Position numbers and translations under genes: made by a program
Origin: Dictyostelium discoideum
Lineage: Eukaryota
Direction of reading: 5' to 3'
DNA: 64,000 nt
Assembly (NCBI GenBank): GCA_000004695.1
Contig: CM000153.2
Location: 1,536,001 to 1,600,000 of the forward strand
Shown here: piece after piece, positions 11,239 through 24,049 of the stretch
Layout: the number at the start of each line of letters is the position of its first letter
Numbering within the stretch: the first letter of the stretch is position 1
The notes under the pieces: generated by a model
Database searches by the model: none
Seen by the model: the letters and a program-made list of their open reading frames with translations, nothing else
Told to the model about the DNA's origin: nothing

Positions 11239-11391
11239 TTGACCTAAAATTGCAGAAAGTTTATCTTTTCTCATTCTAACTTCCTCTTCATGAATTTTAA
11301 CTAATCTTGTTACTTGACCACCAATAATTCTAATATTATGTTCTTCTAAAAGTATAATACCTCTTCTAACTGTAAAATCTTTTATTGCAAT
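10351..11391 (-). CDS. RMI1 homolog, exon 2
   Basis: It begins IAIKDFTVRRGIILLEEHNIRIIGGQVTRLVKIHEEEV, which completes the RMI1 N-terminal OB-fold (compare human ...[36 protein letters not shown]). A long Asn/Ser/Thr-rich low-complexity region follows. Confidence 0.65.
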
Positions 11392-11477
11392 CTAAAAATA
11401 GAAATAGAAATTCAAAATATTAATATTGATTAAACACAGATTATATATTATATAATTATATAGGGGGAGGGGGTTAC

Positions 11478-11930
11478 TTTTAAACCGGGTGGCATTAAAG
11501 GAGATAAAAAATGAATGAAATGATGTTCAATTGCATTAAAATTATTTTTACCATCAGTCAAGTGTAATTTTAAAGTTCTATTTGTTGATTTATCATCATT
11601 ATCTCTGTTTTCAAATGATTCCGATATATTTTTAATTGAATTTAATTGTAAGATGAAAACATCATTGAATTTTGATACCTTTATTGTTATATCATTTATT
11701 GATTTCGCTTGTTGTTCTGTAAAACTTGGTAAAGAAGATTTTAAAATATCACTATTTAAAAAATATTTATAAACTTTTTCTGATATTATTTGTAAATTTA
11801 TATTATTATTATTATTATTACTATTTTTATTTATATGATCTAAACAATCTTTTAACCAATTATCATTTAATTGTATATTACTATTTGTTAAAAAGTATTG
11901 TTTTATATTTGAAATTAAGTTATTATTCAT
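11478..11930 (-). CDS. RMI1 homolog, exon 1 (DUF1767 three-helix bundle + first half of the OB fold)
   Basis: MNNNLISNIKQYFLTNSNIQLNDNWLKDCLDHI...RTLKLHLTDGKNNFNAIEHHFIHFLSPLMPPGLK matches the RMI1 N-terminal pattern (W-L-x-x-C...LKL-x-LTDG...A-x-E...PPG-x-K). The exon ends at an atypical GTAACC donor. The 86-nt intron ends tttttAG. Confidence 0.65.
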
Positions 11931-11988
11931 TTCATTATTATTATTATTATTACTATTATTTTTAAAGTTTGCTTTGAAAATTTTTTAC

Positions 11989-12025
<37 letters not shown>

Positions 12026-12047
12026 ATTTCATTTTTTTTTTTTTTTT

Positions 12048-12086
<39 letters not shown>

Positions 12087-12186
12087 GAATTTCATATTTT
12101 AAAAATAATATCTATATTTGTTTTATTTATTTTTATTTTTTATTTTTTTTTAATTTTTTTTAATTTTTTTAATTTTATATATATAA

Positions 12187-13203
12187 ATGATTAATAAAAA
12201 AAGAATGAATTTAATAATTACCTTAATTGGTATTAAATTTATTATATTTTTAATATTAAATTATATATTACCAAATATATTAATAATGGGTAGTAGGGAT
12301 CAAGATTTTAAAAAGAAATATGGAAAATGGGCATTAGTAACAGGTAGTAGTAGTGGTATTGGTAAATCAATTTCACATAGATTAGCAAGTCAAGGTATTT
12401 CATTAATATTAGTTGCAAAAGATGATCAATATTTTAATGAAATGGTAAATGAAATTAAAAATAAATATAAATCAAATATCAATTTAAAATTTTTATCAAT
12501 TAAATTAGATTTAACAAAACCAGAATCAGTTAAAGAATTAATTTTAAAATTAAAAGAATTTGAATCAAATAAAATTTTAAAAATAAATGAAATTAGAATT
12601 TTATTTAATAATGTTGGTTATGTAACAATGGAGGGATTTAATCAAACCTCTTACGATAATGATAAATTAAAAATGATACAATGTAATACCTTAACATCTG
12701 TCCAATTAACTGATTACTTTTATAGAATTTGGATAGAAAATAAAATAAATATTAATAATGATGATTATAAAAAGAATGGTGTAATTATATTTACATCATC
12801 AATTGGTGCAATATTGCCAACACCATTTTCAGTTATTTATTCAAGTTGTAAATCATTTTTATCAAATTTTGCAACTTCATTATCATTGGAAGCGAAATCT
12901 AATGATATTGATATTTTAGCTGTACAACCTGGAAGAGTTGATACTCATATATTTGATAAGTTACCAAACTTATTGGCATTAAAATTTTTGAAATTAATGT
13001 CACAAAAACCTGATGACGTTGTTGATATCATGTTTAGAGCTGCTGGTAGATATGGTATTGTAATTTTTAATAGTGGTTTATTTGCTCAATTATCATGTTT
13101 ATTTTCAAATTTATTTGGTATTAATTTAACAAATAATATTGTTTATTTAATTTCAAAATATATTTTAACTGATTATTCACAATATAGAAAAATAAATAAA
13201 TAA
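12187..13203 (+). CDS. Short-chain dehydrogenase/reductase, 17beta-HSD12 / very-long-chain 3-ketoacyl-CoA reductase-like (paralog 1)
   Basis: An N-terminal TM helix is followed by KYGKWALVTGSSSGIGKSI (the TGxxxGxG Rossmann motif), NNVG, and a catalytic S...YSSCK (YxxxK). Single exon. Confidence 0.8.
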   Translation: MINKKRMNLIITLIGIKFIIFLILNYILPNILIMGSRDQDFKKKYGKWALVTGSSSGIGKSISHRLASQGISLILVAKDDQYFNEMVNEIKNKYKSNINLKFLSIKLDLTKPESVKELILKLKEFESNKILKINEIRILFNNVGYVTMEGFNQTSYDNDKLKMIQCNTLTSVQLTDYFYRIWIENKININNDDYKKNGVIIFTSSIGAILPTPFSVIYSSCKSFLSNFATSLSLEAKSNDIDILAVQPGRVDTHIFDKLPNLLALKFLKLMSQKPDDVVDIMFRAAGRYGIVIFNSGLFAQLSCLFSNLFGINLTNNIVYLISKYILTDYSQYRKINK

Positions 13204-13413
13204 ATAAATAAAAAAAAAAAAGAAAAGAAAACTAAAAATAAATTATTATTATTAATTTAAACATCCTGTTTTTAATCATTTTTTAAATTTCCCTAGGGGG
13301 TGAAAAGTAATTTTATTTGGCGCTGGTGGTGAATTTGTTGCCTCTTTTTTTTTTTACTTTTATTTTTTGACCATAACAAAATCTCAATTTTTACATTTTT
13401 TTTTCATTTTTTT

Positions 13414-13450
<37 letters not shown>

Positions 13451-13461
13451 AAAATTTAAAA

Positions 13462-14472
13462 ATGATCAATTCAATATTAATATTAATTGGTATTATTACA
13501 TTAATATTTTTAATAATTAATAATGTAATACCATATTTAATTGTTTTTACAAGTAAAGATCAAGATTTTAAAAAGAAATATGGAAAATGGGCATTAGTAA
13601 CCGGTGGTAGTAGTGGTATTGGTAAATCAATTGCACATAGATTAGCAAGTCAAGGTATTTCATTAATATTAGTTTCAAAAGATGATAATAATTTAAATGA
13701 ATTAATAAATGAATTAAATTTAAAATATAATAATAATAGTTATGATGATGATGATGATGATGATAATTTAAAATTTTTATCAATTAAATTGGATTTCACA
13801 AAATCAGAATCAGTAAAAGAATTAATTTTAAAATTAAAAGAATTTGAATCAAATAAAATTTTAAAAATAAATGAAATTAGAATTTTATTTAATAATGTTG
13901 GTTATGTAACAATGGAAGGATTTAATCAAACTTCATACGATAATGATAAATTAAAAATGATACAATGTAATACATTAACAACTGTTGAATTAACTGATTA
14001 CTTTTATAGAATTTGGATAGAAGATAAAATAAATAATAATAATAATTATAAAAAGAATGGTGTAATTATAATTACATCATCAATTACGTGTGCTTTACCA
14101 TCACCATTTTCAGTAATGTATTCAAGTTGTAAATCATTTTTATCAATTTTTGCAACTTCATTATCATTAGAAGCGAAATTTAATGATATTGATATTTTAG
14201 CTATTCAACCTGGTAAAGTTGATACCAATTTATTTAATAAAACTCCAGATTTATTAATTTTAAAAATTTTAGATTTAATTTCCCAAAAATCTGATGACGT
14301 TGTTGATATAATTTTTAGAATTACTGGAAGATATGGTATTGTAATTTTTAATAGTGGTTTATTTGCTATAATTGCAAATATTGTTTTAAGTTTATTTGGC
14401 ATTAATTTTTTAATTAATTTAACTTTTTTAATTTCAAAATATATTTTAAAAGATTTTTTAATTTTTAAAACA

Positions 14473-14527
<55 letters not shown>

Positions 14528-14559
14528 TTATAAATAAAAATAAAAATAAAATAAATTAA
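13462..14559 (+). CDS. Short-chain dehydrogenase/reductase, HSD17B12/KAR-like (paralog 2, tandem duplicate)
   Basis: It is roughly 75-80% identical to paralog 1 over the core (KYGKWALVTGGSSGIGKSIAHRLASQGISLILV..., MYSSCKSF). It adds poly-Asp and poly-Asn insertions and a poly-N tail. Confidence 0.8.
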
Positions 14560-14692
14560 TGAACAATACAATGTACATTTTATAAACAATAAAAAAAAAA
14601 AAAGTTTTTATTTTATTTTATTTTTATTTTTTTTTTTGATTAACCAACGTTTTTTCGTGAACCATAAAAAAAAAAAAAAAAAATTTTGGCTC

Positions 14693-14724
<32 letters not shown>

Positions 14725-14806
14725 TTTATTATTATTATTATTATTATTTCTTTTATATTTACATTCTAATATTTATATATATAATATAAATAATTTTTTA
14801 AAAAGA

Positions 14807-17368
14807 ATGTTTCGAATTTGTAAAATAATTAAAAATCCTTATTTTAATTATATACCAAGAGAAGCAGTTCAAACTGTTAAATATTATGATAAAAAAGATG
14901 GTTTAAAAGTTTCATATAAAAGTAAAAGATCAAATTCAACACCAATTTCAAAATCAATTAGAAATGAAATTGGTGATATATCACAAGGTATTAAACAAAG
15001 AGAAATTATTGAAAAATCGATATCAACTTTTAAAAGTGAAGATAAAATTGAGATTGGTGATATAACTCAAGATGGTATTGAGGAAAGAAATTTAATTTTT
15101 GAGACATCATCATCATCATCATTAAAGCCATTATCAGAGTTAGATATTCCAATTAAAAAAAGACTAAAAACCAATTCATCAGAACCATTTTCAATATTAT
15201 CATATAAAGCAGAGATTCTACATCCAAAACCATATACAGACCCAATTAAATTCATAAGAGATGATTATATTAATAAGGAACTTAAAATGATAGATGTTGG
15301 CCTATACCCAATTCAAGAGATACCAGTGAATCAAGCGATTCAAGAAGAAACCGATTCAATTAAAAAGTTAACAAAAACCAATGGAATTGAATATGGTATT
15401 AAAAAATTTCATTCAACTTTAATTGATGAATCATCACCAGATGTAAATATACATGTATTTTCATATTTACTTTCAACCATTTTACAAAATAGATTATTAA
15501 AATTGGGTAAAAGTTTCTTTAAATATTATGTAAATGAATATTATAAACAATATTTACATTCACAACATTTCTTAACTCATTTACGTTTAATTCATGTTAA
15601 CGATGTGAATTCAATTACAACTTTGAATGAAATTTATCAATTCCTATTGGAATCAAATTTAGTTGATTATAAAGTTACACTCATATTCACAACATTTTAT
15701 TTAGAAATTAATAATGAACAATTAGCAATTGAATTATTTAATAATAGTTTTAAAAAATTAGATTTCAATGAAAAAGTGGTAAAAGAAGCAACAAAATTTG
15801 AAGAGAGGGATATAGGTTATTCATGGAACTATAATTTAAATGATAGAATAACTCATTTAAATATACCAATTGTTAAATATGATAAAAATTCTGAAGAAAG
15901 TTCAATGATGATAACTTCAATAAATAAATTATTTTTAGCATCAAATAGAAATTTACAATTTTATAAAATGTTAAGTCAATTCTTTTTAGAGAATGGTATT
16001 ATCACATCGACTACATTGGTTCAGTCGTTGATTGGATTTTCAAATTTAGCAATTTCATCCAACCGTTTCGATATTTTAAATGAGGTTTATCAACCATATA
16101 AAGATAGATTATGCAAAACCACCTCACAAGTGATGGCCATGGTTTACTATTTCGCCGATAGTAGATCATTATTCCAATTAAAAGATTACATTTATTCTCA
16201 ATTCATTTTTAATAATAAAATTATAACATGGAAATTTAGAGAGGATTTATTAAACTATTGGATAGTTTGTTATTTAGAAGTCGATGATTACGGCCAAGCA
16301 TTAAGAGCATCCGATATTAAAGATCACATACAATCAACTATAATACCATCGAAAAACGATAACACTGTTGAAAGAGTAGATTATGATGGTGGTTTATATC
16401 AACCATTTATAGAATTTCATCAATACTATTCAGAGAGAATCATTGATAATTTCATTAGAGATTTTAATATAAATGCTTTAAACTTTTGGAAATTGAAAAG
16501 ACATCATTTCATAAAAGCTAAAGGTGACATATTTAAAAAGAATAATATTAAACATCCTTCTTCAACTCATTCTAGAAATGTTCCAAAACCTTCACAATTT
16601 AAATACTCCCCATTAGGCATTAAACAATTCACTAGAAATACTGATAATTTAATGTACATCATAAAAGATAAATATACATTATATAAAGATCCAACTTGTC
16701 ATATAAATAGAAAATATAAAATTGAATTATCAAAATTATTATCAATGATTTATAATAATTTAAATTATAATGGTTTGAATAATTTCGATATAAATAAAAA
16801 TAATAATAATGATAATGAATTAATAAATTTAAGTGAAAATGAAAAATTAGAAAATTTTAAAGAATTTTTTAAAGAATTAGGAGAACAACCAAGTGAATTA
16901 ATAGGTGAAAAGAAATTAACAAGTTCATTTTATTATAGAGTACCACATTCAACTAGATTTATAGCATTAATTCAACATTTTAGAACAATGTTTTTAACAA
17001 CTAAAAAAAATCAATTAAATTACGATCATGGTAAACTTGAAGATTATTTTAAATTAATTGCACCATTCACTGGTAAATTAAAAGAATTATTAACAGTTCC
17101 AAACGATTGGTATCTGTATTTATATTCAAATCCAACTGTACAATCTTTAAATTTAATGACAGAATGTTTATCACCTTCAGTTTATAAATCTGCTGATTTC
17201 TATAACCTTTGGTTACATAAAATTTCAGAATTAAAAAAACCAAATTATATTGAATTAACTTTAAAATTAATTAAATTCATGCTTGATAATTCAATACCAA
17301 TTTATAAAAAACCATTAATACTTTTTACATCTTTTTTATTTAACTCAAATCAACCAATAGAATTTTTA

Positions 17369-17432
<64 letters not shown>

Positions 17433-18172
17433 TAATTGAAAATTCAAATTATTTAGAACAATCACCAATTTTAAAATTATTAAATGATATTGAAAGTTTA
17501 AATTGTTGGTTAGAATATGATATTTTAAAAATTTTGAAATTAAAACTTACAATTTTCCCAAATAATGATTTTTTAAATAATAAAAATTGTTTAGATAAAG
17601 ATTTATTAATTAAAGCTTATAAGGAAGCTTCAAAACTCGTTGTAAAAACACCAGAATTAATAGAATTAAAAGTTCAATTGATTAGTAGAATTTATCCAAT
17701 ACCACCAATTTCCAATTTTCAATATTGGTTAGACGTTGGTAAAAATTTAGAAGGTGAATTAAAGGATATTTGGGTTCTTTCAGTTTGTCAAAACTTATCA
17801 CGTCAAGGTCAATTTGATCAATTAACTAAATTTTTAGATTCCAATAAACAGTATATCGCCTCTCTACCAATTCCATTGATAAGTGATCTCTTTAAACCTT
17901 TACCACCAATTAAACAAGCCACCTATTTGTCAAATCATATTAAAATGTTTACTTTTTATAAACCAATCTTTGTAGATTATGTAAAACATTTGAAAATAAA
18001 ACTATTAACTTCTGTTGAAGATGGTGGTTGTGGTGTTACTCCCTCAGATTATTTACAACATTTCTCAAATTTAGATTTAATAATTTCAAAAGAACGTACT
18101 GTCCCAATAAATGAAAATATAGATTTCGATGGATTTATATCTGTATTCTCTAAAATTTATTTAAATAAATAA
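14807..18172 (+). CDS. Large hypothetical protein (about 1120 aa) with an internal poly-Asn tract; no confidently recognisable domain
   Basis: A continuous ORF runs from the ATG at 14807 (MFRICKIIKNPYFNYIPREAV...) and the codon usage looks coding. The ORF track's upstream extension runs through a poly(T) tract and is probably not coding. The N-terminus is basic and aromatic, which could be an organellar presequence. Confidence 0.6.
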
Positions 18173-18206
18173 AAATTTAAATATTTAAATATTAATTATA
18201 ATAAAA

Positions 18207-18245
<39 letters not shown>

Positions 18246-18447
18246 AAACTAGTTTTTATACATTTAATTATTAAATTTTTTTTTTTTTTTTTTTTTTAAT
18301 ACCTCTTCCACATGTCCAACTATTTTTTTTTATTAATTTAATCAATAAAAATTAAAAAAGTTTATGTTTTTTTTATTTATTAAATAATAATTATTAATTA
18401 TTAAAAAGTTTTAATTTATAATTTTTAAAAAGATAACAATTATGTGT

Positions 18448-19488
18448 TTATCTTTTAGTTAATTTAATTGAAAATTCTTTTGGATTTATTGAAACACCAA
18501 ATACTTCATTATCATCAATTATTTGATTATTTATTGAACTTAATTCAAAATTTAAAAGTATATTACTACAAACTGAATATATTGAAGATTTTGCAATTGC
18601 CATACCAACACAATTTCTTGGTCCTAATGAAAATGGATTTGATACTTTTTCTAAATCATCAAAAAATTCTAAATTACTTGATTCACTACTATCAATTGAA
18701 TTTTTATTATTTACTTGTTGTTGTTGTTGTTGTTGTTTTTGTTGTTGTTGATTTTTATAATTTATCCATCTTTCTGGTTTAAATTGATCAGGTTCAGAAA
18801 CTAATAAATTGCCCATTCCAAATATATTTAAAAGTATTTGAGTACCTTTTGGTATGAACATACCATTACTTAAATAAGTATCATCAATTGAAATTCTTGG
18901 TAAACCAAGTGGTCCAGGTGAACGAATACGGAAAACTTCTTTAATAATTGAAATAAAGTATGGACAATTTTCAATATGATTTGATGTTACAAATTTACAA
19001 TCTTTACCAACCACACTTATTAATTCTTGATATGCTTTCTTTTGAACATCTGGATTATTAATTAAATAAAGGCAAAACCATTCTTGAGTTGCTTTTTGTG
19101 TATCTGAACCTGCCAATAGGAAATCCATTCCGACCAATATTACTGTCTCTTTTTCTCTACCTTGACTTGCAATTATTAGTTGATCCAATAAATCTTTTGG
19201 TTCATTATAATCCAAATCTAATAAATGTTGATCATAAATCTCTTCCATGAAATAATAAATATCAAAAATATATTTTTTATATTGTTTATTTGAAAAATAA
19301 AAAAATGGTGATAAAAACCAAAGGAAATCATCAACTTTACCAACTTTTTTAAATGCTTCATTAAATGGAATTGTTAATCTTTCCATTGTGCCTTTATTAA
19401 TACTTTCATTCTTTCCAATTTCTTTACTAAATAACATACTTAGTATTATATTTAATGAATATTTTGTTAAATATTTTCTTGGATGAAA
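18448..19488 (-). CDS. Cytochrome P450, exon 2
   Basis: The I-helix motif FLLAGSDT, ExxR (EVFRIR), and the heme-binding loop PFSLGPRNCVGMAIA (FxxGxRxCxG) are all present. The acceptor tttttAG lies on the minus strand at 19489-19490. Confidence 0.85.
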   Translation of the reverse strand, partial: FHPRKYLTKYSLNIILSMLFSKEIGKNESINKGTMERLTIPFNEAFKKVGKVDDFLWFLSPFFYFSNKQYKKYIFDIYYFMEEIYDQHLLDLDYNEPKDLLDQLIIASQGREKETVILVGMDFLLAGSDTQKATQEWFCLYLINNPDVQKKAYQELISVVGKDCKFVTSNHIENCPYFISIIKEVFRIRSPGPLGLPRISIDDTYLSNGMFIPKGTQILLNIFGMGNLLVSEPDQFKPERWINYKNQQQQKQQQQQQQVNNKNSIDSSESSNLEFFDDLEKVSNPFSLGPRNCVGMAIAKSSIYSVCSNILLNFELSSINNQIIDDNEVFGVSINPKEFSIKLTKR

Positions 19489-19574
19489 CTAAAAATGAAA
19501 AAATATATATTAATATATTAATATATTAATATGTTAATATGTTAATAATAATAATAAAAATAATAATTATTTAC

Positions 19575-20063
19575 CAATTCATTTTTATTTGAAAATTCAT
19601 TCATTGACTCTATTAAATTTTCAGTTTGTTTTTCAATTAAATTATTAAAAGTTTTAATTTTTGTTTTTGTTAATGCTGATGATACTAATTTTCTAGTTTT
19701 TTGCCATTGATCATAATCTGCAAATGCTAAACCTTTAAAATTTGTAATTACTCTAATACTTTTTGGCTGTGGTCTATTTGCAAAGTTTTTAAATTGTTTA
19801 ATAGTTACATCTTTAAATGCACTTACATCAGTGATAACAACTGTTTTTGAATCACCAATATGAAGTGAATAAACTCCACCATAAACTTTTGCTAATTCTG
19901 TTAATGATCTATGTGGATTTAAACTTAATTTATGTAAATGTCCAATAATTGGTAATGCCCATGGTGATGGTGGGTCATTAAAACTTATTCTACGATTCTT
20001 TCTTATAAAATCAAATACTATCCAAAATAAAATAAAATATAAAATTAAATTAATTAAATTCAT
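19575..20063 (-). CDS. Cytochrome P450, exon 1
   Basis: MNLINLILYFILFWIVF (membrane anchor) is followed by the Pro-rich hinge PPSPWALPIIGHLH. A GTAAAT donor follows ...NEL, and the 86-nt intron is AT-rich. Exons 1 and 2 together give about 509 aa. Confidence 0.8.
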
Positions 20064-20316
20064 ATTTATTTATTTATTTATTTTTAATAAAAAAAGTTTA
20101 ATAATAAATTTAATCAAAAAAAAAAAAAAAAAAAAAAAAAGGTAAAATTGATGGTTTGAAAAAAAAAAAAAAATAAAAAAATAACAAAAAAAATAAAAAA
20201 AAAAAATGTTGTAAATTGGGATTTTATTTTTTTAAATATTGATATTTGGGTTTAATGTTTTTATCAATACTATCTCACCTTTTTTTCTCTATCCTGCAAA
20301 ATTATTAAACCAAAAT

Positions 20317-20363
<47 letters not shown>

Positions 20364-20684
20364 TATTTTAAAATGATTTAATTTTATTCATTTTTAATTT
20401 AAATTTAGTATAGATAAATAGAGCACTCAAAAATACAAAATCATATAAAATATAAAAAAAAATGAAAGTAATCATTCCATTTTGAAATTTTTTTTTTTTT
20501 TTTTAATTAAAAAAAAGTTTATTTTTAGAATTTTATTATTTTATCACTCTTTATTTGTTTTTTTTTTTAAAAAAATAGATTTAAAAAGAAAAATCTAAAA
20601 AAAAAAATTTTGATTTGATTGAATTTACAAATTTAGAAAAGAATAATTTTATTTTTATTTTTATTTTTAAATTTAAAATTATTT

Positions 20685-21407
20685 TTACCATTTTTCAGTA
20701 TGTGGTCTAATATCAATTTCATGAGTCCAAGCAGATTTATCTTGAGAATAAAGAGAGAAATAAGTTGAAGCTATAGCGTCAGGATCAATCCAATTTTCCT
20801 TTGGTCTTGAAGAATAATCTCTATTGATATCAACATAACCATCAATGATGACATGAGAAACATGGACACCCTTTGGATAAGATTCACGAGCTAATGATTG
20901 AGCAAAACCACGTAATGCAAATTTACTTGAAGCAAATAAACCAAACGAAGCGCCACCTCTTAATGAAGCAGTTGCACCAGTGAAAATGATTGTACCATTT
21001 TGTTGTCCATACATTTCACTTAAAACTTGTTGACTTGTTAAGAATGCACCCAAACAACTTGCTTTCCAAGCATTTTGAAAATCATTTACATCGGTTTTCT
21101 CGACTGAAACTGCCTTGAATGATGCTGATGCATTATAGATTAATACATCGATTGGTCTACCATTGATTTTTGATCTAATCTCTTTGAATCCCTTTTCAAC
21201 TGATTCTGCATTAGTTGCATCCATTTCAACTGCAAATGATCCTGTATCACCAAACTTTTTTTGAATAGTTTGAACAAATGGTTCTAATTTCTCTTTATTT
21301 CTACTAACCAATGCAACTGAAAATCCTTCTTTTGCAAATTTCTCTGCAACTCCAAATCCAATACCTTTACCAACTCCAATAACACAACAAACTTTTTTAA
21401 TTGACAT
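20685..21407 (-). CDS. Short-chain dehydrogenase/reductase family protein (atypical: Phe at the catalytic Tyr position)
   Basis: MSIKKVCCVIGVGKGIGFGVAEKFAKEGFSVALVSRN is a Rossmann GxGxGIG motif. NASA is present. The active-site segment reads GGASFGLFASSKFALRG, so the conserved YxxxK is FxxxK. Single exon. Confidence 0.75.
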   Translation of the reverse strand: MSIKKVCCVIGVGKGIGFGVAEKFAKEGFSVALVSRNKEKLEPFVQTIQKKFGDTGSFAVEMDATNAESVEKGFKEIRSKINGRPIDVLIYNASASFKAVSVEKTDVNDFQNAWKASCLGAFLTSQQVLSEMYGQQNGTIIFTGATASLRGGASFGLFASSKFALRGFAQSLARESYPKGVHVSHVIIDGYVDINRDYSSRPKENWIDPDAIASTYFSLYSQDKSAWTHEIDIRPHTEKW

Positions 21408-21532
21408 ATTTTTTTTTTTTTTTTTTTTTAAAAAATTTATTTAATGGTAATAATATTTATTTATGAATGAAATTATTTTATTTTTATTTTTATTTTTACT
21501 TTTTTTTTTTTTTTACAACAGTGTGTGTTCAA

Positions 21533-21586
<54 letters not shown>

Positions 21587-21989
21587 ATAAATAAAAATTT
21601 AAAAAAATTAAATCAAATGTTTTTGGGACAAAAAAAAAAGAATAACAAAAATAGATTATGTCATTTTTTTTTTTTTTAGATTAAAAAAAATATCTAGCAA
21701 ATTAAATTAAAATAAAAAAAAGAACCATTTTATCTAATTTGAAATTTATGGGTTTTTATGGAAGCTTTTCAAAAAAAAAAAAAAAAAATAAAAAATAAAA
21801 AAAATAAAAAAAAAAAAATTAAAATAATAGTAAAAAAAAATAAATAATTTTATCATAAAAAAAAATAGTGTAATTTTATTATTGAATTTAAAAAATAAAA
21901 TAAAATAAAATAAAACAAAATAAATTAATATTTTTGAATAATAAAAACTTAAAAAATTCTAATTTATCTTTGAAATTTTTTGTATCTTC

Positions 21990-22020
<31 letters not shown>

Positions 22021-22361
22021 TAATTAATTACATTCATTTTATAGTGAAAAAAAAAAAAAAATATATATATATATATCATAAATACGACAAATAAAATAAA
22101 TCAAAAATAAAAACAAAACAATTAAAAAATAATAAAAAATAATAAAAAAAATAATAAAGTACGAAATATGCTGTGTCTAATTTTTTTTTTTTTTTTTTTT
22201 TTATTGTGTAAAAGCTATGTAAAAATTTTACACAAATTTCAGTTGGCGAATTTTTTTTTTTTTCAATTTTTTTTTTTTTTGTCGTTTTTTGAAACTCAAC
22301 CAAGCTTTGGTTAAATTTTTTTTTTTTTCTTTTTTTCTTCCTTTAGTAACATATCGTCAAA

Positions 22362-22414
22362 ATGTCAGCTGTTGCCCCACAAAAAAACGTAGTTCAAACC
22401 CACGGTAAAAAAAG
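22362..22414 (+). CDS. rps16: 40S ribosomal protein S16 (uS9), exon 1
   Basis: MSAVAPQKNVVQTHGKK+ag is followed by a GTGGGT donor at 22415. A polypyrimidine/oligo(T) promoter region lies upstream. Confidence 0.85.
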
Positions 22415-22717
22415 GTGGGTCATCATATTATATTCTTAAATACATTTGTATAACAAGGATTATGATGTTAGGGGCTTAGGCAAAGATATTGATTATGTAG
22501 TGAATGGATTTAAAAATATTTTTATCAATAATAAAAATAAAATTAATATTTTAGATTATAGAGCTTTTAAAAATTTTGTATTGGTCCATTACAATCAATA
22601 ATTTGCTCTTTCTATTAATTATTTATTTCTTATTTTTTGAAAAACAAAATATTTAAACTTTTCATGGACGACTGAATTAAGTCCTACATGATAGTTTGTT
22701 CATTTAAATATTATAAA

Positions 22718-22749
<32 letters not shown>

Positions 22750-22902
22750 TTTTAAAACTTCTACCACTACTATAATATCATTACTTTGAATCCTAAGCTA
22801 CCTTACATCATGATCCTGAGTTATTTTTTAATTTTTCTATTTTTTTCTGAATATTTTTAATTAACTTTTACATTTTTATATTTTAAATTAATAATTCAAC
22901 AG

Positions 22903-23293
22903 AACCGCCGTCGCTGTTGCTTATGCTACCAACGGTAAAGGTTTAATCAAAGTTAATGGTGTCCCATTAGAATTCATCCAACCAAAGAACTTAAAATTAA
23001 AAGTTTACGAACCAGTCTTAATTGTTGGTAAAGATGTTTTCTCACAAGTTGATATCCGTGTTAGAGTCAGAGGTGGTGGTTCAGTCGCTCAAATCTACGC
23101 CATCAGACAAGCTATCGCTAAATCAATCGTTGCTTATCACCAAAAATACGTTGATGAAGAATCCAAAAATGAAATCAAAAAGAAAATCTTAGATTACGAC
23201 AGATCTCTCTTAGTTGCTGATCCACGTAGATGTGAACCAAAGAAATTTGGTGGTCGTGGTGCCAGAGCCAGATTCCAAAAATCATACCGTTAA
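22903..23293 (+). CDS. rps16: 40S ribosomal protein S16 (uS9), exon 2
   Basis: The acceptor caacAG at 22901-22902 joins ...[133 protein letters not shown]. This is near-identical to eukaryotic RPS16 and has high-expression codon usage (GC-rich third positions). Confidence 0.95.
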
Positions 23294-23577
23294 TCTCTCA
23301 AATTATCAGTATGTTTTCAACCTTTTTTCGTATCTTTACAATTTGTATATAATAAAGATTCGTTTATTGGAATTTCAAAAAAAAAAAATTTTTATTCTTT
23401 TTCTTATTGTGTTATTATATTTTTTAAACTTATTTATAAAACTTAATCTGTTAAAACACATTAATTTTAATTTGGAATTAATTTGAAAATAATATTAGAA
23501 ATGATACGTTTTTTTTTTTTTTTTTTTTTTTTTTTTTCTTTTCTAAACACTTTTTTTTTTTTTATTTATTAATTTTT

Positions 23578-23923
23578 TTAGATTAAAATTATTGATATAC
23601 AAATAATTAAAATTATAAAATAATAATTTTGTATTTTATTTGTATTTCCAAATGAAGTTGGGAAATGAATTGGTGATTTTGGACCAAGTCCTATAATCCT
23701 ATTTTTATCATGATCATCATAACCATCAATTACTGAAGCATGAACAATGTAACCTCTTGAAGTTGATGAATAATTTTGAATTTTATTTTTACAAACATAT
23801 GCATTGAAAGTTTCATTATTTTCATCATCGATTGTATAATTGTAAGGATTATCATAATATGTACCATCAAAATTATTACAATGTTTAATATTATATCCAA
23901 GTGCTGAACAATCTAATAACCAC
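23578..23923 (-). CDS. Secreted Cys-containing hypothetical protein, exon 2 (hydrophobic C-terminal tail, possible GPI signal)
   Basis: The acceptor gtttatAG is on the minus strand. The phase-2 join encodes ...EYST|WLLDCSALGYNIKHCNNFDGTYYDNPYNYTIDDENNETFNAYVCKNKIQ...FGNTNKIQNYYFIILIICISIILI*. Confidence 0.5.
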
Positions 23924-24046
23924 CTATAAACACATGTTTTTTTTAAAATTCCAAAATGAAAAATTGGTTTATATTCACAAGTTGACCTTTTTTTATTTAT
24001 TTATTATTTATTTTTTAAATTAGTTTAATTAATTTTATAATGAGTA

Positions 24047-24049
<3 letters not shown>

